The notes beneath the pieces were generated by a model. The model had not been told where the DNA came from. It made no database searches and saw nothing but the letters and a program-made list of their open reading frames with translations. The translations under genes were made by a program, and so were the position numbers. Below are positions 19,640 to 29,309 of a stretch of 64,000 nt of DNA, one piece after another. Location: the NCBI GenBank assembly GCA_965199955.1, contig CBDATQ010000002.1:512001-576000 (forward strand), in the 5' to 3' direction. This stretch comes from Spirochaetia bacterium (GTDB taxonomy: Bacteria; Spirochaetota; Spirochaetia; SZUA-6; Bin103). Within the stretch, counting starts at the first letter, position 1, and each line of letters begins with the position of its first letter.

Positions 19640-19711
19640 AGCGCCCGAGCGGAATCGAACCGCCATCTCAAGCTTGGAAGGCTTGGGTATTGACCGTTAT
19701 ACGACAGGCGC
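19640..19711 (-). tRNA. tRNA-Gly (TCC)
   Basis: GCGCCTG/CGGGCGC acceptor stem, GTAT/ATAC D stem, CAAGC-CT-TCC-AA-GCTTG anticodon arm, GGTTCGATTCC T arm; CCA not encoded. Confidence 0.93.
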
Positions 19712-19722
19712 GACGCCAGCCC

Positions 19723-19751
19723 ACGGTAGGGCCGCCCCGTGCTCCTGTCAA
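19723..19751 (-). promoter_or_regulatory. Sigma70-type promoter for tRNA-Gly/RNHCP
   Basis: TTGACA (19751-19746), 17-nt spacer, TACCGT (19728-19723), 11 nt before the tRNA. Confidence 0.65.
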
Positions 19752-19780
19752 CATCGTGCCCGGCGTGCTACGGTTGCCCC

Positions 19781-20092
19781 GTGGGTCAACGAGGCGAGCT
19801 GTTTTCGAGCCGAACGACGGTCGGCAATCGCACCTATTTCTTCAATGTGAAGGAAAACCGGGCGGGCGACATCTATCTCAACGTGGTGGAGAGCAAGAAG
19901 CGCGGGGACGATGCCAACTTCGAGCGCCACTCGATCATGATCTTCGAAGAGGACATGGGCGGATTCCTGGCCAGCTTCGACAAGGCGATCCGCTTCATCC
20001 GCGCCCGCGAGCAGACCCGCCGCGGCTGGCCAGGCACGTCCCGGACGTCCGACCCGGTCAACCCCGAAACCGAGCGTCGTAGGCGTCCCTGA
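19781..20092 (+). CDS. DUF3276 / PUR-domain nucleic acid-binding protein
   Basis: GQRGELFS...RTYFFNVKENRAGDIYLNVVESK...FERHSIMIFEED; GTG start. Confidence 0.9.
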   Translation: MGQRGELFSSRTTVGNRTYFFNVKENRAGDIYLNVVESKKRGDDANFERHSIMIFEEDMGGFLASFDKAIRFIRAREQTRRGWPGTSRTSDPVNPETERRRRP

Positions 20093-21187
20093 TCCTGGCC
20101 AGCGTGTCGGCGGGCAGCGGGTTGCCGTCGGAGATCAGCGCGTTCGCGCGCAGGTGGCCGGGGTCGGTGGTGCCGACGATGGCGGTGCTGACGTCGGCCC
20201 GCGACAGGGTGTAACGCAGCGCGAACTCGACCAGGGGCATCTCTCCGGCAAGCTCGCGCAGCCCCAACCGTTGCGCCAAGTCCCAGCTTTCACCGAAGCT
20301 GGTCGCCGGGCGCTCCGCTCTCAGGTAGGCGGCGTTGGCGATGGGCCGCTTGACGATCACGCCCATGCCGCGCTCGTGCAGGGCGGGCATCAACTCCCGG
20401 TCGGCCTCCTGATAGAGGATGTTGTGTAGGTGAGCTCCTGCGCATCCAGCGGGCGCCGGCGTGCCTCCATGGCGGCAGCGGGACCGTCGCCGGAGACTCC
20501 GACGAAGCGCGCCCAGCCGCGCGACTTCGCCTTCAGAAACGCGTCGAAGGCCGCGTCGGCGTCGTAGTCGCCGCGGGGCAGCCGCGAGGACGGTCAGCGG
20601 CGCGGCGCGCCTGGCCGAGGGGAGCCGCCGCCCGAGCCGGTAGGACGGCACCGTGGACCAGTGGGTGCCCAACAGGGATGTCTCGGTGGACACGGCATGG
20701 TCCGCCACCGTGGCGAGGGTCAACCGGTTGCGCGCCGTCTCGGACACCGCCCGGTTGCCCTCCATCCGTAGCGGTCCGAGCACGGTGAAGTTCAGCCACA
20801 CCTCCTCGGGTCGCTCCGACTCCACGTCGTCGAGCAGCAACACCACGCAGGGCCTGAGGAACACGACGTGGCGGCGCACGCGGCGCGCGCGGTCGTACAC
20901 GGCCGTCGCGTCGGCGGTGACCCAGTCGACGCCGGCGGGGTCGCCCGGACAGCGGTCGCCCGAGGTGCTCCGAAAATCGGTGATGGCGGTGTCGTAGGCG
21001 ATCAGGCCGCCGTGCTGGTCGCGACCGCCGACGGTGATCGTGTTGTGGCACGCGGTGCCCTTGTAGAGGGCACCCGACGGGTCGGGCGAGCGGAGCGAGC
21101 CCCACTCGAAGAGTGGCCGGCCTCCAGGTGCAGCAGCAGCTTGCCGATCCAGGCACCAAAGGCGCGCCACCGATTTCGGATCGTCAC
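20058..21187 (-). pseudogene. Chimeric remnant: heparinase II/III-like fragment joined to an aldo/keto reductase C-terminus
   Basis: HNTITVGG...DATAVY...RRHVVFL...LLDDV is followed in the same frame by NILYQE...GMGVIVKRPIAN...ALRYTLS...TAIVGTT. Neither domain is complete. Confidence 0.7.
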
Positions 21188-22440
21188 TGTACCCAGATTA
21201 CGCGGTTCGTCAGGATGTCCATGAGGCTGTCGCCCGCGGGCCCCTCCTGGTAGAGGATGCCGGGGGAGGCGGGCGGCGGCACGATCCCCAGGGGGCGCTC
21301 CAGGTGGGGGAACCAGTGCGCCGTGTCCGGATCGGTCGTGCTCAACTGCTCCATGGCGAAGGTGGCGCCGCCGTCGGCGGACACGAAGCGCACGACCTCA
21401 CTGGCCGCATCGCCCCAGGGAGCCTTGTCGGCAACGTCCTCGGTGGTCGCGACTCCGACCAGCCGGCCCGCGGCGTCGGACACGACGCTCGGCGCCAGCC
21501 CGAAGCAGCGTCCCGGCTCCAGTTCCACCTGCTCGTTCAGGACGATGCGGCGCCAGCTCCCGTCGCCCGCGGGCGTGCACACGGTGTTGGTGCCCTCGCC
21601 GGCCGACCACGTGCTGTAGACCAGCCACGGCGTGCCGTCCGGGGCCACCGCCAGCGCCCCGGCCTGCAGGGCGCTCCCGTAGTCCAGGCCGCCGGCGGCG
21701 ATCACGTCGACGGTCTCGGCCGTCACGGGCAAGGCCACCTGCGTCCCGTCCGAGCGCTGCCAGGTGCGCCCGGCGTCCGGGCTGAACAGGTAGCCGACGG
21801 TCTGAATGCGGCCGTAGGCCTCGGCGTCCGACTTCTCGTGGAATCGGATCGTCATGTGCAGGCCCACGCGGTCCGGGGCCCACGCGTAGGACTCGCCGAA
21901 GTGGGCGTAGTTGGGATGGCGCGAGCTCGCGAGGACCAGCGGCTCGCTCCAGGAGCCGCCGGGGCTCTTGCGCAGCAGGTGCAGATCCCAGGGCCGGTCA
22001 TGTCCGAGCCTGCGCTCACGCGTCAGGAAGCTCTGCCGGCAGCTCAGCAGCAACTCGTCATCGGCGCCCACGGCGAGCTTCGGGTAGCTGTAGCCGTCGC
22101 CGATCAACTCCTCGTCCGTCCACTCCGAGGCGTCGTTGGGGCGCAGGGAGCGGCGGTAGCGGATCGCGTGGTGGTGCGGGTAATAGGCGACGTGCAGGTA
22201 CCCCTGGCTGTCGTTCACCAGCGCCGGACCGCCGTGGTTGTCGTACGCCTCGCCGATGGTGTGCGTCTCGGACCAGGTGCCGCTGGCGCGATCGAGGGTG
22301 CGGATCCGCACCCGGAACCCGTCGGCGACCGAGTCGAGCCAGGTGACGTGCACGGCGTCGTCGAGGGTGACGATCTTGTTCTCCTGCGGGTACGCAGTGG
22401 AGCGACCGCACCCATGCGCGGAGAGAAGCTGACCTGCCAT
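21184..22440 (-). CDS. BNR-4 repeat-containing protein
   Basis: DNHGGPAL, YLHVAYYPHH, SYPKL, SPDAGRTW and SADGGATF motifs; GGAGG SD. Confidence 0.8.
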   Translation of the reverse strand: MAGQLLSAHGCGRSTAYPQENKIVTLDDAVHVTWLDSVADGFRVRIRTLDRASGTWSETHTIGEAYDNHGGPALVNDSQGYLHVAYYPHHHAIRYRRSLRPNDASEWTDEELIGDGYSYPKLAVGADDELLLSCRQSFLTRERRLGHDRPWDLHLLRKSPGGSWSEPLVLASSRHPNYAHFGESYAWAPDRVGLHMTIRFHEKSDAEAYGRIQTVGYLFSPDAGRTWQRSDGTQVALPVTAETVDVIAAGGLDYGSALQAGALAVAPDGTPWLVYSTWSAGEGTNTVCTPAGDGSWRRIVLNEQVELEPGRCFGLAPSVVSDAAGRLVGVATTEDVADKAPWGDAASEVVRFVSADGGATFAMEQLSTTDPDTAHWFPHLERPLGIVPPPASPGILYQEGPAGDSLMDILTNRVIWVQ

Positions 22441-22494
22441 TCGAACCTCCTGTGCGCGATCGAATCACGCGCCCATTACGTTACCGCGGATGGA

Positions 22495-23748
22495 TCACAG
22501 CCACCCGGCGACCGTCCAGAACACGCCTTCGCGCCCGAACGAGCGGTCGAGCAGGCGCGCCGCGTCAGTCGTCGGGTCGGCCCCGTAGGTTTCCACGTAC
22601 CGCTCGTGCAGCCGCCGTTCCAGCTCGGTCTGCTCCACCAGGGGCAGATCCAGCCAGCGTGACCCCTGCAGCGCGCTCTCGCGCGCGGCGATCCATACCT
22701 CCAGGTCCTTGCGCGCTTCCGCCGCCCCGTACTCCGGCGCGCCGTCCTCGGTCACCGCCCGGTGCAGGCTGGAGAGAATCGACGCCTTGGCGACGTCGTC
22801 GTGCGCGGAGAGCCCGCTGCCGATCCCGTGGCCGGCGAAGGGGTTCTCCCAGACCACCGGCGGGTCGGTGTCCACGCGGACCGCCGTCAGGACCTGCCCG
22901 TCTCCGGCCTGCTCGTGCACGTCGACGAACGGGTAGCGCTCCGCCTTGCCGTCGCGGTAGAGCACCAGCTCGTCGGACGTCATTCCGTTGCCGGCGAGGT
23001 AGCCGCCGGTGCCCTCGATGTCCCAGTGGCTGCCGCGCGCGCCCCCCGGCGGCATCTCGTAGAGGCAGGTCACGTCGCCTTCATGCTCGACGACGCCGCT
23101 TTCCCACCAGCGCGTGGTCTGCCGTGCGCCACCGTAGGTGGCGAAGGGGGGGACCTGCAGCTCCTGGGCGTACCCGAGCACCCGCCTCGGATCGAGGCCC
23201 ATCGCCTTGCGCACGCCGTTGAAGCCGTGATAGCTGCCGGACGCGTACCAGAGCCGGGCGTGGTTGAGCGTTCCCGGCAATCCCTGCTCGACGATCAGGC
23301 GCTTCAGCCGCTCGCGCGGCCAGCGCCAGACGTTCTCGGCGATCTCCCAGCGCAGGTTGCGCTCCTCGCACGAGCGGCGGAGGTAGTCGCCGTGGGCGAG
23401 GGTGTCGCCGTAGGGGATCTCGGTGATGAGGTGACAGCCGTGCTCGACGGCGGCCAGCGCCACGACGATCTGGCCGTCGGTCGGCACCAGGACGAAGACG
23501 ACGTCGGGCGCCTCGGCCTCGAGCATCTCCGTCACGTTGTCGTAGAGCTTCTGCACGCCGAAGAGATCGCCGGCGGTGCGCAGCGCCTCGGCTCCGCTGT
23601 CGCACAGGGCGCACAGGTCGTAGCGGTCGGCGAGCTGCGTCAGGACCGCCAGGTAGCCGCGTGCCCGGGAGTGCTCGTAGGTGCCGACGCCGACGACGGC
23701 GATGCGCAGCCGCTGCGCGCCGTTACCTGCGATCCGGCTACCCGCCAC
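22495..23748 (-). CDS. Gfo/Idh/MocA family oxidoreductase
   Basis: IAVVGVG Rossmann motif; EIP, IAEN and SYHG motifs. Confidence 0.85.
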   Translation of the reverse strand: MAGSRIAGNGAQRLRIAVVGVGTYEHSRARGYLAVLTQLADRYDLCALCDSGAEALRTAGDLFGVQKLYDNVTEMLEAEAPDVVFVLVPTDGQIVVALAAVEHGCHLITEIPYGDTLAHGDYLRRSCEERNLRWEIAENVWRWPRERLKRLIVEQGLPGTLNHARLWYASGSYHGFNGVRKAMGLDPRRVLGYAQELQVPPFATYGGARQTTRWWESGVVEHEGDVTCLYEMPPGGARGSHWDIEGTGGYLAGNGMTSDELVLYRDGKAERYPFVDVHEQAGDGQVLTAVRVDTDPPVVWENPFAGHGIGSGLSAHDDVAKASILSSLHRAVTEDGAPEYGAAEARKDLEVWIAARESALQGSRWLDLPLVEQTELERRLHERYVETYGADPTTDAARLLDRSFGREGVFWTVAGWL

Positions 23749-24625
23749 CCGCGCACTCGGCCAGGAAGGCGTCGTGCAGGGGCACCAGCGGCGAGAGAGA
23801 CGCGTCGGTCTCCGTGACCTGGAAGCGAGCCCGCACCGTGCGCCCGGAGCCGGGCACCAGGTCTTCGCCGAACAGCGACAAGTACAGCGGGTTCTGGTCC
23901 TTGAAGTGATCGGCCAGGTTGGGGGTGTCGTAGCCGGAGATCACCGCGTAGCAGTCCTCGGGGTTTGACATGAGCACCGCGGCCACGCGGTTGGCGGGAT
24001 CGGTCTGGCACATCAGCGGCCGCGCATAGAACCGCTGGGGGTTCCACTGGTAGGTGCCTCAGATGCGGTCCCAGCGGCCGTCGGTCGAGCGGCGAGCCGC
24101 GTGCTGGTCGCGCGCGAACACCAGTCCGGTGCCCACGAACACGTCGCTCAGGACCGGGGCGATCCACTGGTCCTGGTCAGGCGGATCGGCGAACTGGCTG
24201 CCCGCCACGAAGACGTGCGGCACTATCGACGTGACGAAGTAGCTCGACAGGAAGACCTCGTAGGCGGGATAGGGCCAGTGGGAGCGAACCGTGACCTGAA
24301 GGTCGATGATGTTGGGCTCCTTGACGTGATAGGTCGCCGTCAGATCGGCCTTGTGCTCCTCGTTCGGCTCGAAGCGGACCTCCAGGGAATCGCCGTCGGC
24401 GCGGACCGACCGCTCCAGCAGGCGCGCCTGGCCCATCCAGTGGTTGGTCGAGAACAGCAGGAAGAGGTTGAAGACGTCGAACTTCGGGTGCACGACCTGG
24501 ATGCCGGTGGGCTTGTGCAGGACCTCCTTGACGCCGTGGCGCTCACCGTGGGGCTGGATGAACCCGCACAACTCCTCCGTCTCGAACTCCCACACGTCGT
24601 TGCCCGCAGCGTGGATGAGCGCCAT
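23738..24625 (-). pseudogene. Hypothetical protein interrupted by an in-frame TGA at 24059-24061
   Basis: ORFs 24059..24625 and 23738..24013 are in the same frame and read DGRWDRI*GTYQWNPQRFYARPLMCQTD. Confidence 0.75.
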
Positions 24626-24756
24626 GGTGTTCCTCCAAGGGTGGCTTCGTGTCGTCGAAGACGGAAAGTATTCGAGCGCAAGCCGGTTGGAATCAAGGGA
24701 GTGGTGCGCCCTGTCGGCTGCTTGAGCGCCGACGGCTCCGGGTCGAGAATAGGCCG

Positions 24757-26307
24757 ATGATCAGGCGCAGGCTGCCAATCGGCATGCAAACCTTCCGCAC
24801 GCTGCGGGAGGCGAATGCCTACTACGTCGACAAGACGCCGTACATCCGCCGGCTGCTGGACGAGGGCACGCACTACTTCCTGTCGCGTCCGCGGCGGTTC
24901 GGCAAGAGCCTGTTCCTGGACACGCTGAAGGAGGTCTTCCAGGGCAACGAGGAGCTGTTCGAAGGGCTCTACATCCACGATCACCACGACTGGTCGAAGC
25001 GCCACCCGGTGGTTCGGCTGAGCTTCGGCGGCGGGAACTTCAAGGATCCCGACCTGCTGGAGGCCAACGTCATGGAGCAGCTCGCCGCCGCCGAACGGCG
25101 GATGGGGGTGGTCCCCGAGTACCTGACGGCGCCGGGCCGCTTCGCCTTTCTCCTGGAAGCCCTGCACGGGCAGGCGGGACGGCGGGTCGCGGTGCTGGTG
25201 GACGAGTACGACAAGCCGATCCTGGACGCGCTGGTGGACGCGCCGGACGTGGCTCGCGCCAACCGGGACTTCCTGCGCGGGCTGTACGGGGTGATCAAGG
25301 ACTGCGACGCGCACGTTCGGTTCACGTTTCTTACCGGGATCAGCAAGTTCTCGAAGGTGAACCTGTTCTCGCAACTGAACAACCTCACCGACCTCACGCT
25401 GGATCCGGTCTACTCGTCGATCTGCGGCTACACCGAAGCCGACCTGGACACGGTGTTGTCGCCGGAGCTCGAGGGGCTGGACCGCGAGCGGGTGCGCGAG
25501 TGGTACAACGGCTATAGCTGGCTGGGCGCCGAGAAGGTGTACAACCCGTACGACGTGCTGCTGTTGCTGCGCCGCCGCCGGTTCGCGGCCCATTGGTTCG
25601 AGACCGGCACCCCGGCGTTTCTGGTGGATACTCTGTTCGAGCGCCAAGTGGCGTCGGTGTCTCTGGACCAGACCGTGAGCACTGAGGAACTGTTATCGAC
25701 GTTCGATGTGGGAAAGATCGGCACGGAGGCGCTGCTGTTCCAGACCGGCTATCTGACGATCACCGGAGAAGAGGAGCTGGGAGGAGAACCGCTGTATCGG
25801 CTGGGCTACCCAAATCGGGAGGTGCGCCAGAGCCTGAACCGGGTACTGCTGAGTCAACTCGTGCAGGACGTGGAACAGCAGACGGCGAACAGCATGCGGC
25901 TGCAACGCCTGCTTGCCGCGCACGACAGCGCGGGGCTGCAGGAGCTGTTCCACGCGTTCTTCGCGAGCATTCCCTACGAGTGGCACACGAGCAACGACAT
26001 CGCCAATTACGAGGGCTACTACGCGAGCGTGTTCTACTCGTATTTCGCGGCGCTGGGGTACGAGATCGTCGTGGAGGAGTCGAGCAGCCACGGCCGCCTG
26101 GACATGGCGGTGCGCACCGCCGGGCACGTGTACCTGTTCGAGTTCAAGGTGGTGGAGATGGCGCCGCGGGGGTCGGCGCTCGCCCAGTTGCAGGAGCGGG
26201 ACTACGCGGCCAGGTACCGGGGTGCAGGCGAGCCGATCCACCTGATCGGGGTGGAGTTCAGCCGCGAGACGCGCAACGTCACGGCATTCCAGGTGGCCGA
26301 CGGCTGA
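24757..26307 (+). CDS. AAA-ATPase-like domain + PD-(D/E)XK nuclease protein
   Basis: LPIGMQTF, YVDKT, SRPRRFGKSL, LVDEYDKP, YNPYD, WFETGTP and GRLDM...FEFK motifs. Confidence 0.92.
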   Translation: MIRRRLPIGMQTFRTLREANAYYVDKTPYIRRLLDEGTHYFLSRPRRFGKSLFLDTLKEVFQGNEELFEGLYIHDHHDWSKRHPVVRLSFGGGNFKDPDLLEANVMEQLAAAERRMGVVPEYLTAPGRFAFLLEALHGQAGRRVAVLVDEYDKPILDALVDAPDVARANRDFLRGLYGVIKDCDAHVRFTFLTGISKFSKVNLFSQLNNLTDLTLDPVYSSICGYTEADLDTVLSPELEGLDRERVREWYNGYSWLGAEKVYNPYDVLLLLRRRRFAAHWFETGTPAFLVDTLFERQVASVSLDQTVSTEELLSTFDVGKIGTEALLFQTGYLTITGEEELGGEPLYRLGYPNREVRQSLNRVLLSQLVQDVEQQTANSMRLQRLLAAHDSAGLQELFHAFFASIPYEWHTSNDIANYEGYYASVFYSYFAALGYEIVVEESSSHGRLDMAVRTAGHVYLFEFKVVEMAPRGSALAQLQERDYAARYRGAGEPIHLIGVEFSRETRNVTAFQVADG

Positions 26308-26339
26308 CCCATGACTGCGATGGGGGCTCGGTGGACAGG

Positions 26340-26909
26340 ATGAGCGGTGAGGATGTTTCCCCGGCGTGCCCGGTGCCGGAGTACGAGCCACAGCAGCTCA
26401 GCATGAGCATGGGCCGGGACCGGCTGCCCGGGCTCTGCGGGACGCGGGTGCCCGACGGGTATCTGCTGCGAGGGTGCCGGGCGAGCGACAGCGATGGCAT
26501 CGCGGGCGTGCTGGACGCCGGCGGCTTCCAGGGATGGACGACAGCGAGGGTCGCCGACTACCTGGCGGAGCCCGAGCGCCGTGATGGGACGCGCGTCGTC
26601 GCCTGCGGCACCCGGATCGTCGCCTCCACCTTTGCCTCCTGGCAGGAACTGGGCCACATCGGCGTGCTGGACTACGTGGCGTGTCACCCCGACCACCGCG
26701 GGCGGGGGCTCGGCCGCGCGGTGTGCCTGGGCGTGCTCGGGTTCTTCGCGCGGCGCGGCTACGAGTCGGTGACACTTACGACCGACGACGTCAGGCTGCC
26801 GGCGATCGCCCTCTACCTGTCGCTGGGCTTCGCGCCGGACATGACGCGCGACGACATGCCGGGCCGCTGGGAGAAGATCATGCGCCAGCTCGAAGCGAAG
26901 GGCCGATGA
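26340..26909 (+). CDS. GNAT family N-acetyltransferase
   Basis: VACHPDHRGRGLG acetyl-CoA motif; LTTDD and AIALYLSLGF. Confidence 0.88.
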   Translation: MSGEDVSPACPVPEYEPQQLSMSMGRDRLPGLCGTRVPDGYLLRGCRASDSDGIAGVLDAGGFQGWTTARVADYLAEPERRDGTRVVACGTRIVASTFASWQELGHIGVLDYVACHPDHRGRGLGRAVCLGVLGFFARRGYESVTLTTDDVRLPAIALYLSLGFAPDMTRDDMPGRWEKIMRQLEAKGR

Positions 26910-28021
26910 GCGCGCTGGAAGCCGTCAGCGTCGGGATCGTCGGCGCGGCCGGCCGGGGCGGCCGGCTCCGCCACGCGTTCGAGCTGCTGGACGCGGTGCG
27001 GATCACGGCGGTGTGCGATATCGACGCCGAGGGGCTGGAGCGCGCGCGGCACGAGCTCAGTGCGTCCGAGGCGTACCTGGACTACAGCGAGATGATCGAG
27101 CGTTCGGAGCTGGACGCGGTCATCATAGGCACGCCGATGCCCCTGCACGCGTCGCAGGCGATCGCGGCGCTGGAGCGCGACGTGCACGTGCTGAGCGAGG
27201 TCCCCGCGGCGGTTTCGATCGACGAATGCCGGCGCCTGGTGCGCGCGTGCCGCACCAGCCGGGCGAGCTACATGCTCGGCGAGAACGTCACCTACACGCG
27301 TCCCAACATGATCGTGCGGGAGATGGTGCGCAGGGGCGAGTTCGGCGCCCCGTACTATGCCGAGGGCGAGTACCTGCACGAGCTCAAGGGCCTGAACGAG
27401 GTCACCACGTGGCGGCGGCGGTGGCAGACCGGGATCAACGGGGTGACCTACGGGACCCACAGCCTGGGGCCGATCCTGCAGTGGATGCCCGGCGACCGGG
27501 TGATGAGCGTGTGCTGCGCGGGCAGCGGCCATCACTACCGCGACCCGCGCGGCGACGAGTACGAGAACGAGGATTCCTGCGTGATGTTGTGCCGCATGCG
27601 CTCGGGCGGGCTGGTGAAGATCCGGGTGGACATGCTCTCGGACCGGCCGCACTCCATGATGAACTTCCAGCTCCAGGGCACCGACGGCTGCTACGAGTCC
27701 GCCCGCGCCCCCGGCGAACGGGACCGCGTCTGGCTGCGGTCGTGCTCACCGGACGCCAACACGTGGCTGGACCTGGATGAGATGGCCGGGGCGTTCCTGC
27801 CGGAGGCGTGGCGCGTCCACGGCGAGCTGGCGCGCACGGCCGGCCACGGCGGCGGCGACCTCCTGGAGATCCTGGACTGGGTGCATGCGATCCGCACCGG
27901 CACGCCGCCGCGGACCGGCATCGACGAGGCGATGGACATGACCATCCCCGGCCTGGTCAGCCAGCAGTCCATCGCCGAGGACGGACGCTGGCTTACGGTC
28001 CCCGATTCCCGGGAGTGGTGA
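26906..28021 (+). CDS. Gfo/Idh/MocA family oxidoreductase
   Basis: VGIVGAAGRG, SEVPA, GEN, EGEYLH, YGTHSLGP and GHGGGD motifs; ATGA overlap with the GNAT gene. Confidence 0.9.
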   Translation: MSALEAVSVGIVGAAGRGGRLRHAFELLDAVRITAVCDIDAEGLERARHELSASEAYLDYSEMIERSELDAVIIGTPMPLHASQAIAALERDVHVLSEVPAAVSIDECRRLVRACRTSRASYMLGENVTYTRPNMIVREMVRRGEFGAPYYAEGEYLHELKGLNEVTTWRRRWQTGINGVTYGTHSLGPILQWMPGDRVMSVCCAGSGHHYRDPRGDEYENEDSCVMLCRMRSGGLVKIRVDMLSDRPHSMMNFQLQGTDGCYESARAPGERDRVWLRSCSPDANTWLDLDEMAGAFLPEAWRVHGELARTAGHGGGDLLEILDWVHAIRTGTPPRTGIDEAMDMTIPGLVSQQSIAEDGRWLTVPDSREW

Positions 28022-28480
28022 GCGAGGGCTCGCGCAGCTCCTCCACCACGTCCGCAAGACGCCCGCGGAGAAAGCGCATCGTCCCCAGATCGTCTTCGGC
28101 ACCGACGGCATCACCGTGCCGAACGACAGATCGATGTCCGTGCACGGCCAGTAGGACCAGCTGAGCGCGGTCGCGTGGGGTGAGCTGATCGCCACGGTGC
28201 CGTGGTAGGGGCCCGCCGGCTCGATGTTCCCGGCCATCGCGTCCGTGTCGAAGGCGAAGGCGCCGGTCGCGCGATCCGGCTTCAGCTCGAACATGGCTCC
28301 GTCTACCCCGGACCGATGCGCAGGCGGCTTCGCGTGAGTGGCGCATCGGCGCGCAGCGCGAATCCTCCCCACGCGATGCGGGTCGCCTCCACCGCGTACA
28401 GGTAGTCGAGCGTCCCTCCATTCCCTGTGCAGAGCACGGCGACCGCTCCGTCGGTCGCGAGTTCGCCGTACCGGGCTGGA
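28020..28480 (-). pseudogene. Two gene remnants: a C-terminal tail (stop at 28303) and an internally deleted hypothetical gene starting at 28294
   Basis: LATDGAVAVL...LYAVEATRI...GPG* is followed by an SD and MFELKPDRATGAFAFDTDAMAGNIEPAGPYHG, which loosely resembles the N-terminus of the 24625 gene. Confidence 0.45.
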
Positions 28481-28592
28481 TGCTTACACGGTGTCCGCCG
28501 GCCGGTAGAGTAGAGGCAGGGAGCGACGATCACCGTCGGAAACCAGGAACGAACAGAACCACGCGTAGAGTTGAGAGATACGGAGAACACCC

Positions 28593-29228
28593 GTGGCTGA
28601 TGCGGATCGAGAGAGGGGACGAGGACCGGCAACCCCGCAGGAGATCTGGAACATCTTGCGCGCGGTGTCGGACAGCCAGAGAGAGACCGATCGGCGCATG
28701 CAGGAGACGGATCGGCGGATGCAGGAGACCGATCAACTGCTGAAGCGACAAGGACAGGAGACCGACCGGCGCCTGCGCAAGCTGGATGAGCTGTTCAACG
28801 GTCAGTGGGGAAAGCTGATGGAAGCCCTGGTCGAGGGCGATCTCATCGCACTGCTCAGACAGCGTGGAATCGAAGTCGAGCGTACGATGACCAACCTGAA
28901 GAAGCGCGGCGGCGCGCGGGAGTGGGAACTGGACATCGTGGCGTTGAACGGTGCGGAGGTCGTGGCGGTGGAGATGAAGACCACCCTCAAGGTGCGCGAC
29001 GTCGATCACCTGTTGGGGCTGTTGCGCGACTTCCAGGATCTGGCCCCGGAGTTTTCCGGCAAGCGGGTGTATGGGGCCGTCGCCTATCTGAAGGCCGATC
29101 AATCCTCGGACGTTCATGCGGAACGGCAGGGCCTGTACGTGATTCGAGCGACCGGCAGCAGCGCCAGCATCACCAATCGCGAGGACTTCCGGCCGCGCGT
29201 GTTCGGGCCGAGTGCGGGACCTCGTTGA
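28593..29228 (+). CDS. Coiled-coil repeat + PD-(D/E)XK-like endonuclease domain protein
   Basis: QETDRRM repeats; WGKLMEAL, ELDIVA...VEMKTT and VYGAVA motifs. Confidence 0.75.
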   Translation: MADADRERGRGPATPQEIWNILRAVSDSQRETDRRMQETDRRMQETDQLLKRQGQETDRRLRKLDELFNGQWGKLMEALVEGDLIALLRQRGIEVERTMTNLKKRGGAREWELDIVALNGAEVVAVEMKTTLKVRDVDHLLGLLRDFQDLAPEFSGKRVYGAVAYLKADQSSDVHAERQGLYVIRATGSSASITNREDFRPRVFGPSAGPR

Positions 29229-29309
29229 CGTGCGCACGCTGCCGGCCGGTGCGTCGGTCTGGTTCTGCGGAGACTTGACACCGGGTCCTGGTCTACGCTG
29301 GGGCGCGCC

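Noticed and set aside
29275..29299. TTGACA...TACGCT promoter upstream of the uxuA-like gene
   Set aside because: The spacer is only 13 nt, too short for sigma70.
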